Assembly: GCA_051362555.1 (NCBI GenBank)
Contig: CM120649.1
Coordinates: forward strand, 6,200,001 to 6,264,000
Length of the DNA stretch: 64,000 bases
Source of the DNA: Lingula anatina
Lineage: Eukaryota; Animalia; Brachiopoda
Direction of reading: 5' to 3'
Below the pieces are notes generated by a model. The model made no database searches. It was not told where the DNA came from and saw nothing but the letters and a program-made list of their open reading frames with translations. Every line of letters begins with the position of its first letter. Position 1 is the first letter of the stretch. A program made the translations under genes and the position numbers. Below, one piece after another: positions 49,575-64,000 of this stretch.

Positions 49575-52500
49575 TTTCGTGTTGCGCAACACGATGACGC
49601 ATGCGTCATGACCATGAGTCGCACTGGCAATATAACCATGGTGCATGTTGATACTAAACAGGTAATAGTTCGTTATATGGGCAGCACGGCAACACTTAGC
49701 AATGACATTTAAAGAAGAGCGCCAAACGCAGCGTTGAATCTCTTAAGTTAAGCCTCTCTGAAGTTAGACTCTGTGAAGAAAGGCCTTGAACATACTGAAC
49801 CTGCATGGATGACTAGTGAGTTCACTGCCCGGCAAGGCGTGTACATTTGTACCAAGGACACAATTGCCAGCTTTTTACGTTAACGCATAGACTAGCTACA
49901 CCTTTTTTGTATTACATGTCATTTTTAAAGGTGTGTTCTAGCATTAAATGCACGTTTTAAAGGAATAGATATCTGTACGTATCTTGGACAATGTCGCCGC
50001 TACGGTACCTTTCATGAGGTGAAAAAAAAACGTAGGACCCGAGACGTATATTTACAGAGTACCTGCTTTCAAATAGGAGGGAATGACATCAGGAAAACGG
50101 ATATTACTATACACTGTATACGACAAGTTTTCCATAAAGCTGATTATAATAAGCACATATCCAGCCGATTTTTTTCAGATTGACTTATCAAACCCATTTT
50201 GATTTCCTTTTTTATTTTGTTCCCTGTATAAAAAGCATTTGTGTGTCCTCTCGCAGATTTCAATAAAATTTAGTATTTTTAGGTTATTTAGCCCTGCTTT
50301 CTGAAAAATTCACTTTTATGTTATGGGAAACACGAACCAATTTCTTTGCATTACGGTTATCTACCTTTTGATAATTGATGACTGCAATAGGATAATGAGA
50401 TGATAATAAAATAAATAATTAATTAGATATAATATTAAGAACCTGGATCATTCCGTTTAATTTAAACAAAACTAAACTATTTAGATATTATAGGACGAAA
50501 AAAATTCATTTTGAAAATATCTGTTTATTGAAAAAAAAACATGAGAAAACACAAACAATTTTGTATGGCAGGAATGGGGCTAAAACTGAAGAAATTGACC
50601 ATTCACCCAATTAAGATATGGGCATATACATGTACATTTGGTTTAGACAGCCGCCTGGCCATAAAATAATTGAAAAACTAAACACTGTTTTGCGGTGGGA
50701 GTAAGACGTAATAGAAAATATATAAAATGACTGTAAAGTCACTGTATAGTGATGGGCAATAGAATTTTGATTTCGAGAAAAGATATTAGCATGGGGTCAG
50801 CTGCATGGACACTCGGACAGACGGACGCCGTGTACTCAAGGCGGAAGGCATACACACGGACATTAATGACAAAGTGTCCTTGACGGGATTTTTTTTACAT
50901 TACATGTGCCATTCTTTACGAGTCCCGAGGTACACACGGCTCTACCTGTGACGTCTTCAACAGCACAGGTATAAGAGTGCATCGTCACCTTCAGAGAAGT
51001 AGACAGGTCAAATATATCACACAGGCGAGTTTGTTTCTAAAATTCATCAACTTCGAGTCCGCAGACTGACTCTCTTGTGCAAAAAAGGCAATTACATAAT
51101 ACACGTAACCAAGATGTTTTTTTTCTTATCACACGTATGCTATTCGCCGGGGTTCTAATATAGGTTTAAGTGTTAAGACTGGAAGACGATGCCGGGTATA
51201 GCCAGCTAGTAATAAAAAGCCAGCTAACCGCCTGGAGGAATGAATGATTGACCTGTCAACAGCACACCGTTTACCAGGCAATGAAAGAATCAGTTTGTTT
51301 TGCCTTTTGACACCCAATCATTTAAGGCGCACACGTCGGTGAAGTTGTAACAATACAGTCAGGTGTAGTCAGGTGTTACTCGCGATTCGAGCCGGCGTCT
51401 CTCTGACGCCGATGTTCAGACGCCCCAAGGCGGTACATAGCTCTGTCGCCGCAAGCGTTCCTCCCCTGGTAATTTCCCCTAGTTGCGGCATCGTTTGAAC
51501 GTTGTGTTCTTTTTTCCATAAAAAAGTCTGGTCTTGGTCTGATTAACGTGTTTTTTTAATCCCTGCGTTGTCCAATTATTGCCTTTAATTAAAGTCCAAA
51601 TATCAGGGACTCTAGATCAATGGTCGTCGAACCCACCACGCGCAGTGTTGACTTAAGAAGAATCGGAAAACAAATTAAAGGTGTTATACTATATCGCAGT
51701 TAACTGGACACTTTAAGAAAAAAATGACCAATGTTTATACAGGTGAGATGGACAGAGATAAGTGAGGACTTGACACTTAAGGATAATGTTAAGGGTCAGT
51801 TGGAGTTGACCAGGGACATCTGGAGTCGCTCAAAGCCAAGTGACACCCGTAAGTTATCGTACGAAAGGTTAGGTAAGTGACTTAAATATATATAACAGAC
51901 AAGCAAAGTAAATCATCTCATTTAACACGTTTGCTAAGATAATGAACGCGGATATGTAGACTTATTCTTGTTAAAGGCGTGCTTTTGTCACAGCATGTCA
52001 CAACTTGTGACACATTTTTTTGGATTACGTGGGAAATCGTCTGGTAATCCAGAAAAATAGTTTGTATACATTGACAAGCAGTGTGTTCAAAGTTGGCAGC
52101 TTCTCAAAAGGCGCCCAAAATGCTGTGGCAGAAAAGAAAATCAATGAGTGAAATTTAATACAAACTGTGTTAATAAATGATGATATTAATATTATGTGAA
52201 ATTGATATTAGTCAATTCTGTCGAAAATAATCAAGTTAGCTCATGGCAGTGCTACATTCAGGTAGGGGAGCTTCTGAGAAGAGAACACTTTTTTGTTTGT
52301 TTGTTTACTTGATTGTTTTTTTTTAATCCTTCCCGATACGAAGTAGCACTGAATATAATACTGTGTGAAGGCTGTACAACATAATCATATATAGCAAAAC
52401 AAGACAGTTGGAGAAAAGCAAAATAAAATAAGACAGCATATTTTTCATAATGGGACCGAGTATGATTACTATAGATTATTCTACTTTGTGAGTCATGAAT

Positions 52501-54223
52501 ATGTTCATTTTTCAATGTTACCATTTACGACAACCACTTAAAAGGGAACATTAAACATTAAACAAAGTGAAATAGGGTCTGCCAAGGTGATGGTCTTCGT
52601 TTTTATTGAAACCAGTAGGGAACAGCAACTAAATACATAGTTCATCGTTATGATATTTAGAGAAAAGGATGTAACTAAGACAAAAAGAAATATAGCGTTG
52701 ATATACATGTAGTCAGAGGGCGTTTAGATAATAAATGACAGTTTTATCTTGACATACTCCTATATCAATTTATACATTTGTGTTGGCATTTCATTTTCTT
52801 TCTCTCAGTGTGGGTGTTTCTTTTTCTTCTCTCTCTCTGCTTTCTTTTCTTTTTATAACAAAAACATATAGGCCTATTTAAAGTGAAATAAAGTCTTAAG
52901 ACACTCTATCAATATTGAATCCCGTATTTGATCTCAAGTAAAGAGCATAGATACCGTTTTATGGTCATGCTCACGCAACAAAAATATGTATTTCATTTTA
53001 ATCGAATTCACGTCCAACCAATATAAAAGAAGGTTCAACTCCAGCGAATATCGGGGGTCAGGAAATCGGTAAAACTGATACTTTATGCGTGCAAGGGACA
53101 CAAACGGGACTCTCACTTTGGCTTTACAGACGACTACATTTTTCCAATACAAAGTCTTTTACAGAAGTCATTAAGAACATTTATTTTATTTTATTTTATT
53201 TTATTTTATTTTATTTTATTTTATTTTATTTTATTTATTTATTTATTATTATTATTATTATTTATTATTTTTTTTTTGTTATTGCGTGATAATTCTATTT
53301 GCACACAAAAATGAGATCATTTGACAAAGCGGTAGAATAATATATATAGTATAGGTATCTTGAGGATTCTTGCGTGCAATGGGTCGCAACACTTTACCAA
53401 CACATAGTGTTTTTGGGGACGAAGCAAGTCTTCCGTGTAGTAATTCCTACAAGATGTATTTTATTAAAAATATTCTGCCATCAACTCCTGGCGGTGCATC
53501 TGAAGAACATTTTGTGGATTTGCAAGCTCACATAAACAGTCAGAATACTTTCACTGTATTATATGCTATAGAAATTCCACAATTCCTCCCCATTCCAAGA
53601 AAGATATCAACAATGATTATTGTGTCTGTGATGAATTTTTCTGGAAGCTTTCTTCAAAAATAAAAAAAGGCCCATTTTAGTCACTGATTTAAAAAATGAA
53701 TTGCCCCAGTAAGCATGTCCTTCAGTTACACAGTTGAACCGGCTTTTTATTGGGATGAATTCATTCCCTACTTTCAAAAGAGAACGGGTCGTATTTTCAC
53801 AAGTGAAACATATCATGTATATTCGGAATCGAAGGCATCATAACGATTAATGACAAAATCTGAGCGACAGAAGACGAAAACCTCGTTTAGAAACAAACGA
53901 CAGCTAATTTTCTTTATCATTTGAATGATGCTTCAAACCCAAAGATGAGAAAGCGAGAGACCGCGTATACGTCTATAATCCATTTTCGCATTGAAATATT
54001 TATCAACATTTCCGATCAAAGCGATCCCAAATAAAATAAACGCAGACATAAAACACTAGTGTGCTGTACTAGGGATTTAATAAACATTCTCTAGACTGTA
54101 CATTTCGCAGTGGTTCCATACTATAGGGTAACCACAAAACCACAACAATTTTTTGGTTAACTCTCCTTTTCTCCCCATGATCCTTTGGATGGCCTCATTT
54201 TTACCCGAATACCTCTCAAAATA

Positions 54224-54258
<35 letters not shown>

Positions 54259-57165
54259 AAACAACCCTTAAGCGGCCCCCACCAAACGCCAAGTGGTCCT
54301 ACCCCCGTAGTTGAAAGTAGCCCAAGTATGACAGATGAGTCGGTAATTTCTCTATCAAAACTGTAATTTCAATAAAAAATGAGTGTATGTTATCGCCGAC
54401 GTGATACGCAGAGGCACCTCTCTGTCGCTCATCTATCTTCATTACACCGGCGACGAAGAAGCGCTGCCGACTAACGAGCGATAGCGACCTTTAACGGGCT
54501 TAGAACAGGGAAGGACCTGTTTAGTTTGCTACGTTGACAAGACTTTGGCGAGACGAAGGCGGCAGATGTTACCGAGTAAGGGTTTTTTAAAGTCGTTTGT
54601 CTTGCGTATGATTAAATGAATGTGTGGTATTCGATATTTTGATATACAGGTATTAGTTATATGGAGATTTTTTTTCAGTTAGGAGGATAAATGTTGAAAG
54701 GGAGTCAATATTGGGGAGAGAAGGAGGGGCAGTAGGTTTGCATACACGCACGCACACACGCATACGCACACACGCACACACAAAGAGAGAGAGAGAAAGA
54801 GAGTGAAAGCGACCAAGTAATCCTTCTTATTATATTATTCATTTAATTTCTGAATACTTCACCATTCTACTCACTACGCCAAAATACTGCAATAGACTTC
54901 GAATTCAATAAAAAACATTACCAATCATATTTGCGGTATTTGCGGTTGGAAATATCTCAGACATGCGCCGATACATTTCATTTAAAGCTTAATATAATCA
55001 TGGGTAGTGAATAATAAGGGAGACTAATGCTGTTAAAGCAGGCTGATCGACCTGAAACGCATATGTTATTACATAACGGTATAATGTGTGCATTTAGAAA
55101 TGTCTCAACGTCATATTTTTAGTTCATAATATCCTGAAAAGCTATTCCCAATTCTGATTTCAAAAGTGATAAAACTCCTCAAATAATGGTGTCGAAATTT
55201 CCTTTAGAAATGTCAGGAAGGTTACATGTATAAAGGAGGATGTAAATGTCTGGTGAGGCTTTTAGAACTAAGTTGTTTGATTAGAAATGGTATCCAACAT
55301 GACACACAAGCGTCAGTGATATCCCTGTTTTTTTTTTTTTTTTTCTAGGAGAAAGTCACTTTCTCTCGAGGAAAATTCGATTTGGCAGGGAAATCCCAAA
55401 CAGCATGATGCCTTTATGGAGAGAGGGGGAGGGGTGTACATGTACATGTATTGTATCTCGAGGCACAATTCTTTCTACACAGCATGTCGTTATAGGTTCC
55501 TGTCCTTTGGAAAAGAACCCTACTGTTGTTATTCCAAGAATTACAAAACAATCGGTGTGAGTTAGATGATAACAGAGCTTGGATGCCGTCACACACTCTT
55601 CTCATACTGTACTTATATGTGCGAGGTACTTTGAAGACTCACAAATCATTAAATTCAAAGCATAAAAGGTGAGATCGTATTGTTGTAATAAGATGGACGA
55701 AGATAGAATGAGAAATATATATTTTTTTATAGAAAATGTTTTATTTTTATTTTTAATTTATTTATCCTGGTTGGTAGTTCTTTACAATGACTGTGACCTA
55801 ACGATATAAACTGTTGATAATGTACTCATACTACAATAACAATTTAAAAAGATTTTCACAAAGATTGTCTTCAAACATTATCATCAGTAAGCAATGCAAT
55901 AAGTTTCTTTAACTAGATGGTGGTCGGTTAAGAATTTTTTTCTTTTTGTTTCCAAAAAATCGGAGTATATGTTATTTCTAAATAAAACTGAGCAATGACA
56001 GAAAATGTGTATAGTGCAGTCGCAGAGATGCATCACTGAAAACACTGACTTCTTTTGACATAAATGTATCCGATGTTTAAAAACAAATGACACTATTTTA
56101 TTCACTACATTTATATGTATTTTGCACATTGCGCGGCGAACTAGAATCGTTTTTACTTGTTTATCACGAAAATCTAAGACTGGCATTATCTTGAAAGTAA
56201 AATAATCAAGATAAAAGCCTGCTCTCGTGCATTCTGTAATTTTACAGATGAAAATCTACCAACAAATCAAGAAGAATTTGTCATGAAGTGAAATCGGTTT
56301 GCGTCGAAGCTTAATGGAAGTTTGGCGATATTACATTTGACTTTCAAACGCAAGAGCATCTGACAGCCCGTCGTGCGATGCCGTCTTTAAGAAAATAGCT
56401 CTGGAAATGTCAACCCTCTTTCGGCATTGTCTATTGACTCGAAAAGACAGCGAGAAGCATGCAAGAGCCGCATGCATTAACGTGTCTGAGGCATCGCCTT
56501 GAGACGTAACATTATATCTGAAATTGATTAATTTTCGGGTCCAGTAGCTGCACGTCATCTGTGACCTTTCAAAAATCGACGTTTTTTAACGGCGATGTCG
56601 GCACACGTTTTCTACATGGGCTCAACGTGAGAAAAAAAGTCGTAATTAGGACTGTTACAGTTTAAAAAGGGTCTTTCGGTGATCTCTTGGGCAGTCCACA
56701 TATTCATTGACTTCTCCCTCATCGCACGAGACCTTTTGGTTCTCTTGTCAGTGGATATTTCCCGTATAGTTTAACACAGTGGGAACTTTGCTTGAGTGCC
56801 TTTGTGTATAATAGCAAGGCATGAGGTCACAAAAAATATCAAAATAGGAAAACAAATCATGAAACAGATTAAAGATGAATAAATTCTCGGTGTTTGATTG
56901 ATTGATTATGAGTTTTTGGGGTTTGAAGACGGGCTGGAGAAGGAGTGTGTTAAATTTCTAACATCTCCATGTTGCAGATGCTTTTTAACAGACACCACGT
57001 CACTTTTCGGTAAAACTTTTCACAAAACTAATTGGAATATTTTAGTTAATTCAACTATAGGATATTCATGCGAATGTATGCAAAATAACATGAACTTTCG
57101 TATTTATGGGCAAGTGTGAGATCTCAACGAAAATCAAAACGCATGAGTGAGGACGAACTTTGCAG

Positions 57166-57198
<33 letters not shown>

Positions 57199-57873
57199 TC
57201 GTATTTTTTATAGGCAATGAAAACTGCATGAATATGCACTTACATGAATGCATCTATTTATACACGTAAAAATGCGAAGGAACTGTTTTGTTTCACGCAA
57301 AACATCTCAGAACCCTTAGATATCAACTCAACAAGAATTTTTGTGGTATTTAATTATTTATATTTCTTTTTTTACTAGTTTTTTTCATAGTTTTTAACAA
57401 ATATTTATAGTAGGCTTTGGCATCGCCGATCAAGAGAGCTGGAGCTATTTTTTAGCTATTCAGTCTGTTCATTTTCCGATATGACTGCTAATTTTCATGA
57501 TACTAAGCGCGCTTCTTTGTATTTGAATTAGCTGGATAGATATTTGAAAATACCAAGCAGCTGCATAATATATGAATAAATTTATGACTGACTATAAAAA
57601 AGGATAAAGTTATTAATGGATTAATAACATTATTTGTAAAAGATGTATAAATAAATAAATGACGCTCATATTTTAACATGAACACGGGACAATCGTTCAA
57701 GATTCAGCAGACTTGTAAATAATTTAAATTGAATTGTGTCTTACATGACAATGATTTATTATGCTTTTCGTTCCCACTCGCCAAATAAAGAAATTCAAAG
57801 CATTTTAACAATAATTTTAACAATAATTGATGCACGTTTCACTACGTATAGTCCAGAATGCAAATTTAACATC

Positions 57874-57917
<44 letters not shown>

Positions 57918-60900
57918 GTACGGTGCTACAGAATACGTGGGAGCTACTATGGGACTCTGCGAACTTATCCTTTGAATTTTAGCATAGTAATACGTAAGCA
58001 TAACATTTAAGAGATTAACCCGATAAAACAAATCAAATTTGGCTTAATTTCAAACGGAAATGTCGAACCATATCTGTAATGTGAGTTTATTTTGCCTTTT
58101 TTATGTAAAGCCAATTTTGAAGAGAGAGAGAGATTATACTCCCACATCTGCCTTCAAATGCAACCATATTTGAGTTATTATCATTCGCTTCAATTGCACA
58201 ATTTTGTTCCTTTTTAGTCGATAAGTATGCATAATTAGCCATCTAAATGGGCCATATTTCATAGTTACTATCTCACGGGGGTGAAACGCAAGCATCACGT
58301 GTGTGGCATATTGTATATCCAGAGTCAGGGCAAATAAAACGTCACACAACCGACGCGCTCAGTGTATTTGACGTTTTAATTCGTAGTTTGTTGTTCGATT
58401 AGAACACTTAGGCTTTATCTTCTTCCAGTCTGAAAATTACTGAAGACCCTTTTATGTATTGTTTTTCAAATTAACATCGTCCGGGTTGCACCAGGGAGAT
58501 ATCAGGGAGCGCCGCGCGATGCCGATCGTCTGCTCATTTGATGGAGCGCACCATTAATTATACCACAGATCATTTTTATTCATTTTCCAGAACTGTCAGG
58601 TTTGACTGGTGATTGATGTGGCTTTCGCTCTCTTAGCTGTCTTCTGGGGGATTTGATGGGTTTCGTTTTTGAGAAAAAAAAATGGGCAAATTTTCTGCAC
58701 TTGGATGGTATGAAAAGCAATTGTTCAGCGTGCGTATCTATGCATTGAAAGAATAGGGCGATTTTTGTGGGCAGAAAAACGGCGGTGTCATGCACTGGAC
58801 AGAAATAATACCGTCTTTCGAACTTAATTGCAATCAGTTAATTGACACAGACTCAGTTGGTCTATTAAATAACAAAGAAACAAATATGACAATGTGTGCT
58901 GTTTAAACATTAAACCGATTACTTTATAGCTTAGTCATCCATGTTTCAAAAATGAAACAAATAAAATGCGCAAATATATTGATGTATTCGACAAAACCAC
59001 ACTTAATCAATTAAAGAAATTGACAAGGAAATATTCAATTGATAGGAAAACGCTATTTTTGAAAAACCAAATGGAAATGTACGTGCCTGCTAACGCCCAA
59101 ATCGCCTTGGTTTCCTAGTAAAGCCCACGTCTTTACTTGAGTTTGTTGCGTTTCTGTCTCCCTTTACGGACACAAATCACCTGATTTTACCCCAGTGTTC
59201 GGTGAAAGAAGGAAATGATTTCTTACATCCTAGAGGCAGTTAAGGCCGACCTTAGTCTGAAAAAAAATTCCCAAACGTGATTTAGAATCTCTAAAGTCCA
59301 CTCTTTCCAGGTAACCTTTACGCTGCTTGACAGAAATCAAAGCAATTGCATCCCTGATATTTAACAAATTTGGGAAGAAGGCAAGGTATTTATCAGAATA
59401 TGCGAAAATTCGATTATATACTTTGCTGTCAGATTGAAAGTGAATACAACGCTGGGTAAAATGATGAAGAACATCTGAAATTTTGGAATCATCATTGAAA
59501 TATGGCGCCATGAAATAGACTCTTCGAAACAGAATTTCATTTTTATGTTATAGAACAATAAACAACTGCTGAGAAGAATGGCCGTTTAAGGTATCTATTC
59601 ACAAATATTAACAGTTAGAATTTGATCATTTAGACAGATGGGCAATAATCTTACTAATGTGAGTGAACGAATAGTATCTTAAGAAAAATATAACCAAATA
59701 CATCAATTTTTTTAAACTAGGAATATACGCATACAATCATGCTGTATTAATATAAGGAATAGAATAAAATCGGTTCACTTCATGTCAAATGTCATGAGGC
59801 AAACTTAGAGGATCACGTGCACCTTGAATGTGTATTTCAAAATAACATGACCCGACCCTAAATCGGTGTTAAATTTGATGCTTTTTACGGCCACTCACAG
59901 CGAGCTAAAATCCTACTTCGCGCCAGTGTTTGAATAATATACCATACAATGTCATTCAAATGACAACAAAAAGCGGGCAATAAAAAAGGGATGCTTTTGT
60001 TTACGGCCATCTTGTTTACAGACACTGACACGGATTGCTTAGATATCGGTACTTCTTGTGATATTTTAATACTCTAATTTGTTTCAGATTAGTTTATTTT
60101 AGAAGATCTAATAATGAGCTTATGATATACAAGCATGGGATTATAAACCAATCGAGATTGACAAGATTTTAAAGAGTTTCTTTCGAATTTATTGTTTTTA
60201 CTTCAATGCTCTTTTGTGCAGCATATGTGTTTTCATAATATTTTAACATATGTCATAAATCGACCATGGCAACCGATATGGTTTAGTTTCAATTTTCGAA
60301 AAATTGCCGAAAATGATAGCAATGTTTGGCCGATATGGTATAGGTAAAATTATTTTATTTCCAATCGCGCTTTTGCACTGATACACTGATTTTCTACGTA
60401 GTACATTATTCTCTTTGTATAAATGTCATTTGAATTCTACCAGTTTGAATGAATTTGGGTATCTTTCTGCATCATCTCTGTAACACAATTTAAACAATGC
60501 ACACGTCCGCTGGCATTAAAGGAACAATTTCTTTCAGGCAGTGAGTCTATGCAATTAAATATTTCTTACGTGAACTTATAACCCCCACGAGCTGTCGTCT
60601 GTCGAATCGCAAGCCAGCTCGCGCTCCTGATTCCGCAGCAGACAATCAATCGTGAAGAGGTCATGTGATCAAGCCACGCCTCCTCTGGTTTATCATATCT
60701 AAAAGAGAAGTGAGCCCTCGAGCAGTCGTTTTCTCCTGCATTAGTCGACATTTGCTGGTTTTTATTGCGCTATCCTGTGTGCTTCAGTTGCAGGTCAACC
60801 GGCAGACGATCGATCACTTAGGCGCCTAGATCCGCGTGATTGGCTTGGCGCCATTGCTGATTGTGGGCTCTCATCTTCCACCATATCGGTTGAAAATGGC

Positions 60901-61701
60901 GAAAAGGATTTGAGAAAAAAGAACTTCTCAAGCAGAATTTCTGTAATTAACAGTACAAGGCAGAGTTTAATACATCAAGCATCGATTGGTAAGTTATGTA
61001 TTGGTTATTATTTATTTTTTTTACATTTCTTAATAAACAATGTAACATCCATATCAACTGTATGTGCAGATACAGACCAATCCTGTAGAAAACATATGGC
61101 GGTTTTGACTTATTCATGGCCCAAAACTATGTTCTATCTTCTGACAAAATCAAAATCAAAATAACAAATGTAACCACTCGTTTTCTTACAAAATAAAACC
61201 CCCAAAAGAATCGGGAGAATGAGCTTTGTAAAGAGCGCTATAGTATCGCAATATTCCTTGTAATGTCGCACTATCCCCAACATCCCTTAGTTTGGGAGCG
61301 TTTGAAGCTCTAGGCAAACTGGAGGACCCTAAATAGAGAGAAAACCAACACCAAGAAAAAACTTAACCATGTTTAATTTATTCAGAAAGGAAGAAATAGT
61401 GCTATTGTTGGCAATTTTATTTACAGAAGAATACCCTTGGTTGCCATCATGCATGCATGCCATATGCCTGTTGTAATTCATTTGAATGTTATCATTATTT
61501 TTGTGCAAAAATAACTGGATTAAACGATCCAGGGAGGCACCGTGTTGATAATACACATTGCTGTAGAGTTCGGAGGCCCTCTCCCTCTCCCTCTTAATCT
61601 TTTTTAAAAAATCTTAGACTGTCTCCATGGAATATCATTAGATGAAAATTATCTTTAAAAAAAACTGCATAACAATTAAAGATAACAATTACTATTTGAT
61701 G

Positions 61702-61788
61702 TATATTATATTATATTATATTATATTATATTATATTATATTATATTATATTATATTATATTATATTATATTATATTATATTATTATA
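61702..61788. repeat. (TATTA)n pentanucleotide microsatellite
   Basis: Directly visible. Confidence 0.95.
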
Positions 61789-62348
61789 ATCATCAGTGAT
61801 AGACGCCAATAAATGAAATGTTGTGGGATTTAAAAACATTTTTTTTTTTCTGTTTTCTTTTCTCAACATTTGCTACAAATATCTAAATTAATTTTCCGAA
61901 AAAAGGGGTGACACGTGCAGTTTCGCGGCAAATATTGTACGTTTTATTGCATGTTCAGCAAGAAAATATCTGTCCCAGGTCATAAACAAACAAACAAACA
62001 AAACATCATTTTAAGTTCTGTAAACCTGTTGGCACATCGTTAAAGATTTCTTACTTCTTTTAACTTCCTTTTAAAGAAAAAAAATGACAATTCACTAACA
62101 CGATCTATAAAGGTTTTAGATTTTTTATCGCTATGGTCTCAAAACCCACTCTAGAAACTATCGATTTTTATGTTCCACTATCTACTTATACATGACCTTC
62201 AATCGCAGGTCTGTATAACAATACATTTCAACGTTAGAGGCAAATGTTTCATTTTGTTGCTTTGGACCTAATTTCATTTATTTATTTATTTGTCATTTAT
62301 TTATTTGTTGTTTTTTTTATTTATTTATTTTACGCAGGCCCTACTTAT

Positions 62349-62588
62349 TACAGTATTAGCAAATCTCAAGGATAGAGAGTTATTTCAGAAAGAACCCTGC
62401 CAAGGTTCGATAAATTATGAAGTTCGAAATAAATGTCACGACTAATTTTAACATACTGTACATAGCACAGTATTAGCAAGTCTCCAGGATACAGTGCCAT
62501 TTCAGAAAGAACCATGTCAATGTTCCATTAATTATGAAGCTCGAATTAAATGTCACAACTAATATGAATATACTGTACAATAAGCACA
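62349..62588. repeat. Diverged tandem duplication, 2 x ~118 bp
   Basis: ACAGTATTAGCAA.TCTC.AGGATA.AG...TTTCAGAAAGAACC...AATTATGAAG.TCGAA.TAAATGTCAC.ACTAAT...ATACTGTACA occurs twice. Confidence 0.85.
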
Positions 62589-64000
62589 CAAAGCAATAAA
62601 GACCGCTTATTATTGTCAATTACACGTCACTTCCTTTTTACGTTTTTGGACTTCCTACAAGCGATCGCACGAAGGTAGAACATGTTCGCCCATGTTGTCA
62701 AGGAAAAACGCACGTAAAACGCAGCGCGTTTCCCAGCCCTGATTCCCAACCCCGTTTACGCACGTCTACAAACTCTGCCCGTCTTATATCCCTAAGCGAA
62801 TGCCATCCTAAATTGAATTTATTTATTTATTTATTTTAATTTCTATTTATTTATTTTAATTTATTTATTATTATTATTATTTGACTAAAAACATTTCATG
62901 ACAACATAGGTTCAGTAGTCGAAAATATGGAAACGTCATTTGGTAATTATCACTAATAGCGCTATAAGCTGTGGGCTTTAGACGTTTTAAGTAATTCTGA
63001 ATTACATATGCCGGCATTATTTATTTATTTGTTTTGAGGTTTTGGTTTTATGAGCCACGATACTGGTGTCATTACCTAGAAAACTGTTTTCACTTCGAAA
63101 TGAGATGCCGCGTTAGTACATTTTTGTTTCTGATACTAGGATTGTGAAAAGGCTAGCCGTAATATTTCATGGAAAACGGCGTTAAATCACCGTCAGCCGT
63201 AGTGTAAAGGTAATCCGTCGAATGATTTACATATAAAGTATATGCTCTTTATTGCGACTCGTTTAGGTTCACATTTCCTCAAATATTCCCCCATATTACC
63301 GTAAGCTAATCATAAATTTGAATTTCTTCATTCTGTCTCTTTTTCTGTGTATGTATGGTTTATTCTTAGATTCATTATTTACTCATTCTTTCTTTTTGTA
63401 CAGGGTGCAAAGAGCTGTCGGCTGCCTTATTGCCAACATAATATCTTTGACTCTCTCATTTTTTTAATCTTTTTAGACTGTATATAAACACTGGTAATGT
63501 CAGTATCTGTCGCTAGATGGCAGCGCCATCGTTCTACAGTGAAAGCCATAATCAGAACAGGGAGGGCAAATGAAACGACCTCGCCAGAAATGGGTCCTGT
63601 TTCAAAATTAAGAAAAATCTATAGTTTTTGTACTTATCTTAGAATGCTCAAATCAAATGGCACTGTGAAGCACGTTGCTTCGACTTTGTAATATTGTTTT
63701 TAAGAGCATTTTGCTAACAAAATCCCCGCAGTAAACGTTATTGGTGTTCCAAAACGGCCAATTGTCACAAAAATTTTGTTAAGACTATCACAGTTCGCTA
63801 TAATGGCATATTTAAAACGAGGTAAACATTTTTAGGTATCATGGTCACGTATATCTTGGCTAAAATTTTAAGATGCCGTTCTTTTTTTAAATAAATGTTT
63901 GACCTAATCGTTTTGTGAAGAAGGTCCGAGACAAATGCGAAGGCCAACGAGCTAATCCCTGGTTCTCAAGGAATACAGCCAGCCCCCCCCCCCCCCCCCA

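Noticed and set aside
1-64000. Prokaryotic features (operons, CRISPR array, defence system)
   Set aside because: Genes are spliced and eukaryotic. No array of identical repeats with unique spacers was seen; the repeats are microsatellites, MITEs or short tandem duplications.
40000-64000. Numerous 60-100-aa ORFs in the right third of the window
   Set aside because: Low-complexity or AT-biased, often with TTG/GTG starts, no recognisable domains and no chain of phase-compatible exons.

Overview
AT-rich eukaryotic genomic DNA, probably from an invertebrate animal: GT-AG introns, microsatellites and many MITEs. The left 40 kb is gene-dense. It holds three paralogous sulfotransferase-like genes (the first cut by a CACTG-type transposon), and an 8-exon aldo-keto reductase on the minus strand with an intron-containing tRNA-Lys(UUU) nested antisense in intron 5. 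It also holds an 8-exon, 270-aa uncharacterised minus-strand gene almost invisible in the ORF track, whose intron 1 contains a THAP-bearing Kolobok-like element inside a decayed transposase. A 3-exon somatomedin-B/Cys-rich surface protein lacking a 7TM domain and an 11-coding-exon WRAP53/TCAB1 orthologue follow. The right 24 kb has no convincing CDS. It contains repeats, an RTE LINE 3' fragment, CpG-rich candidate first exons, and a ~232-nt GC-rich segment (49343-49574) that folds by eye into a closed multi-stem RNA of unknown identity. All gene models were built by hand from splice signals and frame continuity; no database searches were run.
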